Shown here piece by piece: positions 1 through 4,887 of a stretch of 10,771 nt of DNA. How positions within the stretch are numbered: position 1 is the stretch's first letter; each line of letters starts with the position of its first letter. The notes beneath the pieces were generated by a model. The model ran no database searches. It saw only the letters and a program-made list of their open reading frames with translations, and was not told the origin of the DNA. Made by a program: the position numbers and the translations under genes. The stretch is from an uncultured bacterium (GTDB lineage Bacteria; Hydrogenedentota; Hydrogenedentia; Hydrogenedentales; JAEUWI01): assembly GCA_963977445.1 (NCBI GenBank), contig CAXBPH010000241.1, positions 1-10,771 on the forward strand. The letters are read 5' to 3'.

Positions 1-1
1 C

Positions 2-175
2 CCGCCAGTCAAGACGCCAGCACGCCGGCATCGCGGCAGCCATCAGGAGGAGGAGGAGCACCACCAGGGAGATATTCAGCACAGGCACCGCGCCAAAGGC
101 ACCCATGGGAAGTACCAGCGCCAGCGCGAGTGTCAGGGTATTGCGCAGCGACGCAGAGGTGGCGGGATTATGCAT
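2..175 (-). CDS. N-terminal part of a putative integral membrane protein (runs off the left window edge)
   Basis: Read by hand; not in the ORF track. ATG at 175, open to the edge: MHNPATSASLRNTLTLALALVLPMGAFGAVPVLNISLVVLLLLLMAAAMPACWRLDWR. Two hydrophobic segments. The start overlaps the upstream ORF stop by 8 nt (ATGCATAA, 175-168), typical of translational coupling. Function cannot be assigned. Confidence 0.6.
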   Translation of the reverse strand, partial: MHNPATSASLRNTLTLALALVLPMGAFGAVPVLNISLVVLLLLLMAAAMPACWRLDWR

Positions 176-338
176 GGTGGTCGATCGGGGAAGTTCGGGT
201 AGCCAATTGCGTTTCGGTGGGGATGGCAAGCCACGACAAGATCGCCGCAAGGGCCAACACAAGCAGCAACAACGCCCAGGCGAGCAGGCGTTCGCGACGA
301 TTGCGCGCTATGGGTGAATTCGTATCACGTTGAGGCAT
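168..338 (-). CDS. Small (56 aa) single-pass membrane or exported protein, hypothetical
   Basis: Read by hand, ATG 338 to TAA 168: MPQRDTNSPIARNRRERLLAWALLLLVLALAAILSWLAIPTETQLATRTSPIDHHA. A basic N-region (RNRRER) precedes an ~22-aa hydrophobic helix. It fills the gap between two co-directional genes. The nearest GGAG is ~18 nt upstream, so RBS support is weak. Confidence 0.55.
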   Translation of the reverse strand: MPQRDTNSPIARNRRERLLAWALLLLVLALAAILSWLAIPTETQLATRTSPIDHHA

Positions 339-358
339 GGGAATGGGTACGTACTACT

Positions 359-386
359 CCGCCGGGGTTGCCCCCTGGTCAGGCGG
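359..386 (-). other. GC-rich intergenic stem-loop with GNRA (GCAA) tetraloop
   Basis: Minus strand CCGCC-TGACCA-GGGG-GCAA-CCCC-GGCGG begins 2 nt after the coiled-coil gene stop. There is no U-tract, so it is not a classical intrinsic terminator. Confidence 0.45.
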
Positions 387-388
387 TC

Positions 389-3300
389 TTAGAAGGAGCC
401 ATAGTGGACTTCAATGGCGTTCATGATTTGAGAGGCCGCGCCAACAACCGGGGTAATCTCCCGTTGACTCAGGTCACGGAGTTTATAGATTGCCGATTCG
501 TCCAGCGGGTTGGCCATGACGACCACGAGGCGATCACTGGTCACCCGCAGGGGAATACAGACGTGCCACGTGCAGATATCGCCGTTCAGGACAGAGATAG
601 CCTGGGGCTGGATGTGTACTTCCATGGGATTCACGACGGGTTTATTCAACTGGCAGGCAACGGCCTGCGCAATGGCGTCGTCGGTTGCGAAATCATGTTC
701 GATGAGAATAGTCCCCAGCAGTTGGCTGGAGTCCCGTGCCTGAATCTCTATGGCCTCATTCAATTGCTGGTGGGTAATCACATTGGCATCCACCAGAATA
801 TCGCCGAGACTGCGCCCACCTTCGGTGTGGGTCAATTCCGATACCAGAATGTCCTGCTGTCGGGCCCGCTGCTCCCGGGATTCGGCCGCTTCCAACGCGC
901 TCAGCCCCGCGCCTGCTTCACCGACAAAGATACGCCCGGAAGCGTCCTTGGTCTTCTCCAGGGCGTCACGGAGTTCATCCCGCTCGGCAATGGTCTCGCT
1001 GACCTGGGCCATGGTTGCCTGGATTTCTGACTCCTGAGCGTCCTTAGATTCACTCAGCGCCTGTTTTTCAGCCAGTACTTCCGCGAGCTGGGTTTCCAAC
1101 CGGCCAACCCGCTCCTCCCGCGCCTGCAGCGCCTCCTGGTGAGACTCAATGACGGCGCGCGCATCGTCCAGCGCATGGGACTCGTTGGCTTCCCGCTCTT
1201 TTAGCGAATCAAAATCGGCCTTCAGGCTCTCGACCGTTTCCTGGGCCGCAATTTCTTCCCGATGGGCCAATTGCAGCAAATTCTCCAATTCACCGCCCCG
1301 GGCCGACAATTCTTCGACCAGGCTCGCCTGCTGCAGCTGATTTGCACGCAACGTGTCTAACTCTGCGCGGGTCTGTTCCAGCTCCTCCGCATGGTAGGCA
1401 TCCGAGGCTTGAATCCCGTCCAGCGCCTCCTTCAAGGTGGCGGCCCGCTGCTTCGCCTCGGCTTCTTCGGTGCCCAGATTCTGCAATTGCCTGCTCATCT
1501 CCTGAACATCCGCGCGGAAGGACTGGACTTCCTCTTCCCGCTCCCGCAATGCTTCTTCCTGGGCCGCAAGGGTCGTCGCTGCGGTGGCCAGGTCTTCCTC
1601 TTGGGCCGCCGTTTTCTCACTGGCCTCATGGAGTGCTGCAGCAAACTGATCGCGTTCCTGCAGGAGTTCAGATTCCTGGTTTCGCGTTTCTTCCAGGGAC
1701 TGCTCCAGGGCGTCGCGGGCGTCGGCCATTTCTTCAAGAGCGCCGATTTTTTCCTGGAGCGCCGAATTTTTTTCCGCCAGTGCCTCTTCCAGGCGGGTAA
1801 TCTCCTGGCGCAAGTCGGCAACGAGGGCCACCTGTTCGTCACCCTCAATTTCGCTTGCGGCGCGGTCCGCCGTTAGCGCAGCCAGCGTCGATTCAGAGGC
1901 GGCGAGTTGAGTTTCCAGGTCATCAATCCATTTTTCGGCGGTTTGCAGCGAATCGCGGAATTCCTGGAGATCTGCGGCCTGACGGGCAATGAGCTCCGCA
2001 GCTTCTGACGCCGCCTCGGTCGCTTCCTTCGGGGCATCCTGCTCCAGCGGGACGATTTGCGCCTGGGCCTCGTCAAGGGCCGCGACATGGGCGGCCTCTG
2101 CTTCCTGCAACTGCCGGGTCTTCTCTTCCAGTTCCTGGCGAAGCTGTTCCGATTCCCGTCGGATCTCCGCGAGGGACAATTCCTGGGCGGCCTCAAAGCT
2201 GCGATGGGTCTCTAGTTCCTGCAAGAGCAATCGCGCGGCGGCCACACTTTCTTCTTCCCGACGCTGGAGGCTATTCAGCTCATCTTCCAGCTGTGCAATG
2301 GCCGATTCGAGACCGCGTTGTTCCTTGGGTGAGATGGTCGACGGGGCGGGGGCTGCTGCCTCGTCTACATTGAGGTCTTGTGCTACGTCTTCAATGTCAG
2401 GGGGGAGCGCCGCGGCCTCGTCACGTGCTTCCTCAGCGATTGTCTTTTGCTGGGCAAGGAGCGTCTCCAACTCGTTGGCCAGGGCCACCGCCCCGTCCCG
2501 TTCTGTTTCCAGGTGGGCGATGCTTACCAAACTTTCCTGCTGGCCTGCGACCAACGTCTCGTGGACTTCTCGGAGAGCGTCGAGTTCCCCCTGAAGGGCC
2601 TCCAACTCCGCCTTTTCGGCCTCGGGCGTGGCGAGGGATTCATTCGACGTGTCGTGGGCCTCCGGGTCGGGTCCGGATTCTAATTCGGCAATCAGCGTGT
2701 GCTGGGCGTTGACTTCCTCTTCCAGTGTCGAAGCCCGGGCCGCGTACCCTTCTATTTCCCGACGGAGTTGATCGCTGGTGACAGATGCCCCATCCCGCTC
2801 TGTTTCTAATGCGGCAATCTGGGCATAGAGGGAATCCATGAACTCCGACGGAGAATCGCCCGCTGCAATCGCGTCGGTCGCGACGGCCTCTTGGGTGACT
2901 ACATCCGCTTCCGTGCCCAAGGTCTGTCGCAACGACTCCATTTCGCGGGTAAGGCCGGCCAGGGCATCTACATGCTGACCCGATTCCTTCCGCTGTTGCG
3001 CTACAACGTCGTTTAATTGCTTTTCAGATTGGGTGAATACCGCGACTTGTCGCTCGAGTTGGGCGATCTCTTCGTTCAGTGATCCCTCAATGCGCTGGCT
3101 GTCATCAAGGAGAGTCTGGCATTCATCGATAATCTCATCCCGCTCTTTTATCGCGAGACGCAAGGCGTCCACCTCATCCCGATGCCGGGTGTCGCGTTCC
3201 GACTCCGCTTCAAGATTCGTTGTGGCGAATTCAGATTGCTGACGACGAAAGGCTTCGACGTCGATGTTCAGCTCACGGACCTCGGCCGCCAGCAGGTCTC

Positions 3301-3802
3301 GTTCGTGACGTACCTGATCCAACTCGGCCTGCAACGAGGCATTGGGTGCGCTGCCGTTCGTGCTTCCGCCACCGAGTACCGTGAGAAGGCGGCTCAGTTG
3401 ACTGTTGGCCGCGTCGAAGTGCTCACGGAGGCCATCCTGCGATTGGGTGACCTCGTTGGTCCACGCGTGTACGGCACCCTGCAGACGGTCGACGGTCGTA
3501 TCCAATTCTTTACGGATGGCGTCAGCGCGGGGGGAGGTATCGGGAACAAACTGGGTTACGGACCCGGCGGGCAGGGCGTCCTGCCCAAGCGCGCGTTTCA
3601 GGCGACTAATTTCGGCATCGGCCTCCGCCAGCGCAGCGGCATGGCCGTTGCGCTCCTGCAGCACGGAAAGTAGTCGGACCAACTGGCCGTTGGCACCATC
3701 GATCTGCTGCGTTAGGTGCTGTTGGGCGGCGCCTACTTCTGCGGTCCAATTTGAAACCGCAGTGTTTAATTGCGCCAGCAACTCGCTATTCACTGTTCCC
3801 AT
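389..3802 (-). CDS. Large acidic coiled-coil protein with C-terminal MshEN (T2SSE_N / GSPII_N) domain
   Basis: 1141-aa ORF from GTG 3814. ATG 3802 is preferred because GGGTGGGA lies ~6 nt upstream. About 1000 aa of E/A/Q/L-rich heptad-like sequence are broken by Pro/Gly linkers. The last 141 aa (nt 814-392) contain two MshEN-like motifs (SLGDILVDANVITHQQLNEAIEIQ and LLGTILIEHDFATDDAIAQAVACQ), followed by the T2SSE_N-type IPL...RLVVVMANPLD...ITPVVG...IMNAIEVHY. No Walker A/B motif, signal peptide or TM segment was seen. Confidence 0.85.
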   Translation of the reverse strand: MGTVNSELLAQLNTAVSNWTAEVGAAQQHLTQQIDGANGQLVRLLSVLQERNGHAAALAEADAEISRLKRALGQDALPAGSVTQFVPDTSPRADAIRKELDTTVDRLQGAVHAWTNEVTQSQDGLREHFDAANSQLSRLLTVLGGGSTNGSAPNASLQAELDQVRHERDLLAAEVRELNIDVEAFRRQQSEFATTNLEAESERDTRHRDEVDALRLAIKERDEIIDECQTLLDDSQRIEGSLNEEIAQLERQVAVFTQSEKQLNDVVAQQRKESGQHVDALAGLTREMESLRQTLGTEADVVTQEAVATDAIAAGDSPSEFMDSLYAQIAALETERDGASVTSDQLRREIEGYAARASTLEEEVNAQHTLIAELESGPDPEAHDTSNESLATPEAEKAELEALQGELDALREVHETLVAGQQESLVSIAHLETERDGAVALANELETLLAQQKTIAEEARDEAAALPPDIEDVAQDLNVDEAAAPAPSTISPKEQRGLESAIAQLEDELNSLQRREEESVAAARLLLQELETHRSFEAAQELSLAEIRRESEQLRQELEEKTRQLQEAEAAHVAALDEAQAQIVPLEQDAPKEATEAASEAAELIARQAADLQEFRDSLQTAEKWIDDLETQLAASESTLAALTADRAASEIEGDEQVALVADLRQEITRLEEALAEKNSALQEKIGALEEMADARDALEQSLEETRNQESELLQERDQFAAALHEASEKTAAQEEDLATAATTLAAQEEALREREEEVQSFRADVQEMSRQLQNLGTEEAEAKQRAATLKEALDGIQASDAYHAEELEQTRAELDTLRANQLQQASLVEELSARGGELENLLQLAHREEIAAQETVESLKADFDSLKEREANESHALDDARAVIESHQEALQAREERVGRLETQLAEVLAEKQALSESKDAQESEIQATMAQVSETIAERDELRDALEKTKDASGRIFVGEAGAGLSALEAAESREQRARQQDILVSELTHTEGGRSLGDILVDANVITHQQLNEAIEIQARDSSQLLGTILIEHDFATDDAIAQAVACQLNKPVVNPMEVHIQPQAISVLNGDICTWHVCIPLRVTSDRLVVVMANPLDESAIYKLRDLSQREITPVVGAASQIMNAIEVHYGSF
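3374..3769 (-). repeat. Intragenic duplicated 37-aa Trp-containing module (nt 3769-3659 and 3484-3374)
   Basis: LNTAVSNWTAEVGAAQQHLTQQIDGANGQLVRLLSVL vs LQGAVHAWTNEVTQSQDGLREHFDAANSQLSRLLTVL: 19/37 identical without gaps (hand count), 95 aa apart. Confidence 0.85.
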
Positions 3803-3843
3803 GAACTGTCCCACCCGTCGGAGTACAAACTTCTCATAATTCG

Positions 3844-3872
3844 ATTATAGGGCCATAGGGTATAGCGGTCAA
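3844..3872 (-). promoter_or_regulatory. Sigma70-type promoter for the coiled-coil/MshEN gene
   Basis: TTGACC (3872-3867), 17-nt spacer, TATAAT (3849-3844): 5/6 and 6/6 consensus. An A6 tract lies upstream (3891-3886). The promoter is correctly oriented, ~30-40 nt before the start codon. Confidence 0.8.
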
Positions 3873-3906
3873 TCCCTACAGCCTGTTTTTTGTACGTTCC
3901 GTATCA

Positions 3907-3931
3907 TGCGCCCTGATGCTGTTTGGGCGCA
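3907..3931 (-). terminator. Possible terminator or 3' stabilising hairpin after the glycosyltransferase gene
   Basis: TGCGCCC-N11-GGGCGCA, a 7-bp perfect stem 17 nt after the GT2 stop and upstream of the next promoter. It lacks a following U-tract. Confidence 0.3.
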
Positions 3932-3948
3932 CGCAAGTTCTTCGTCCC

Positions 3949-4689
3949 TCATTCTGCGTCTGATAATACGCCGGGTTCACGGTCATCGATGCGATAAAAC
4001 ACCTGACGTTTGCGCAGCCACGCCACGCCCACGAGATCGTAGAGCCCGCGCCAGAGCCGATTGTTAATGCCATACTTTGAAATGCCGGCATGGCGGGGAT
4101 GGTGGGTGACGGGACATTCGACGATGGTGAAGTTCTGGGCCCGCATGAACACCGCGAGAAAGCGATGGAGGCCATTGAAGGCGACCAGATTTCTCACGCA
4201 CGCGATGCGGAATCCCTTGATGCCGCACCCCGAGTCGCGAATGCCATCGTGGAGAACGGCATTCCGGGCCCAATTGGCCGCTTTGCTTGAAAACCGTCGT
4301 ACCCAGTTATCGTTGCGGTTGGCCCGGAAACCAAAGACACAGTCATATTCCTGGAGCAATTCCAGGAATTGGGGAAAATCGGAGGGATCGTTCTGCAGGT
4401 CGCCATCGAGGGTCAGGATATAATCACCCGTAGCCCGGTTCATACCGGCGGCCAGCGCGGCAGACTGGCCGAAATTGCCATCCATATGTATGGGTTTGAT
4501 GGCCCCATTTCTGGCGGCGGCGTTGTTGAGGCGGTCGGCGGTGCCGTCGGTGCTGCCATCGTTCACGAGGAGGCACTCGTAGTCGAAATCGGGGAGTTCA
4601 TCAAAGACCCCCGTTATTTTCTCGATGAGGGGGTCTACATTGTCTTCCTCGTTGTAGAAGGGAACAATGACACTCGCTTTGGGCTTCAT
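3949..4689 (-). CDS. Glycosyltransferase family 2, polyprenol/dolichol-phosphate sugar synthase-like (DPM1/ArnC/GtrB group), ~246 aa
   Basis: Motifs VIVPFYNEEDN, VNDGSTDGT, NFGQSAALAAG, DxD-type LDGDLQNDP, RDSGCGIKGFR, HRFL and PVTHHPRHAGISKYG. ATG 4689 (MKPKASVIVP) is preferred over GTG 4737 because the GT-A fold begins immediately and AGGT lies upstream. No C-terminal TM pair. Confidence 0.92.
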   Translation of the reverse strand: MKPKASVIVPFYNEEDNVDPLIEKITGVFDELPDFDYECLLVNDGSTDGTADRLNNAAARNGAIKPIHMDGNFGQSAALAAGMNRATGDYILTLDGDLQNDPSDFPQFLELLQEYDCVFGFRANRNDNWVRRFSSKAANWARNAVLHDGIRDSGCGIKGFRIACVRNLVAFNGLHRFLAVFMRAQNFTIVECPVTHHPRHAGISKYGINNRLWRGLYDLVGVAWLRKRQVFYRIDDREPGVLSDAE

Positions 4690-4887
4690 GATCGGTCTAC
4701 CTGTAACGTGTATGGCTGTGGGTACGGTAATGGGCACTGGCGAAGCGACGGTGGGCGTGCCACAGAATCCGGCACAGCGCTGGTGCCGGGCACATCTCGC
4801 CGGGATTGTAAGCCCTAGTATACCTGAATGGGCACGGTAGAGTTTACTGTATGCGGTTAATTTGCCCCGATGGACCGGGAGAAATGC

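Noticed and set aside
45..58. (AGG)4 simple repeat that looks like an RBS or phase-variable tract
   Set aside because: It encodes the poly-Leu run (CTC codons) of the minus-strand membrane ORF. Trinucleotide slippage would not shift the frame.
314..1030. 238-aa plus-strand ORF, and other long plus-strand ORFs such as 1989-2594, 5449-6216 and 9459-10088
   Set aside because: They lie antisense to well-supported genes, have no recognisable motifs, and are the shadow ORFs expected in GC-rich coding DNA.
389..3814. SMC/SbcC, PilB/GspE ATPase or phage tape-measure identity for the large protein
   Set aside because: There is no Walker A/B, ABC signature or hinge domain, no ATPase after the MshEN domain (the protein ends there), and no phage genes nearby.
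3876..4175. 99-aa minus-strand ORF overlapping the GT2 3' end
   Set aside because: It is an alternative frame inside a clear gene, has no motifs, and runs over the intergenic hairpin.
4850..4887. GGGCAAA on the minus strand, reminiscent of the c-di-GMP-I riboswitch 5' end
   Set aside because: The following GNRA-capped P2 stem and GACGCAAAGC-like junction are absent, so only a short chance match remains.
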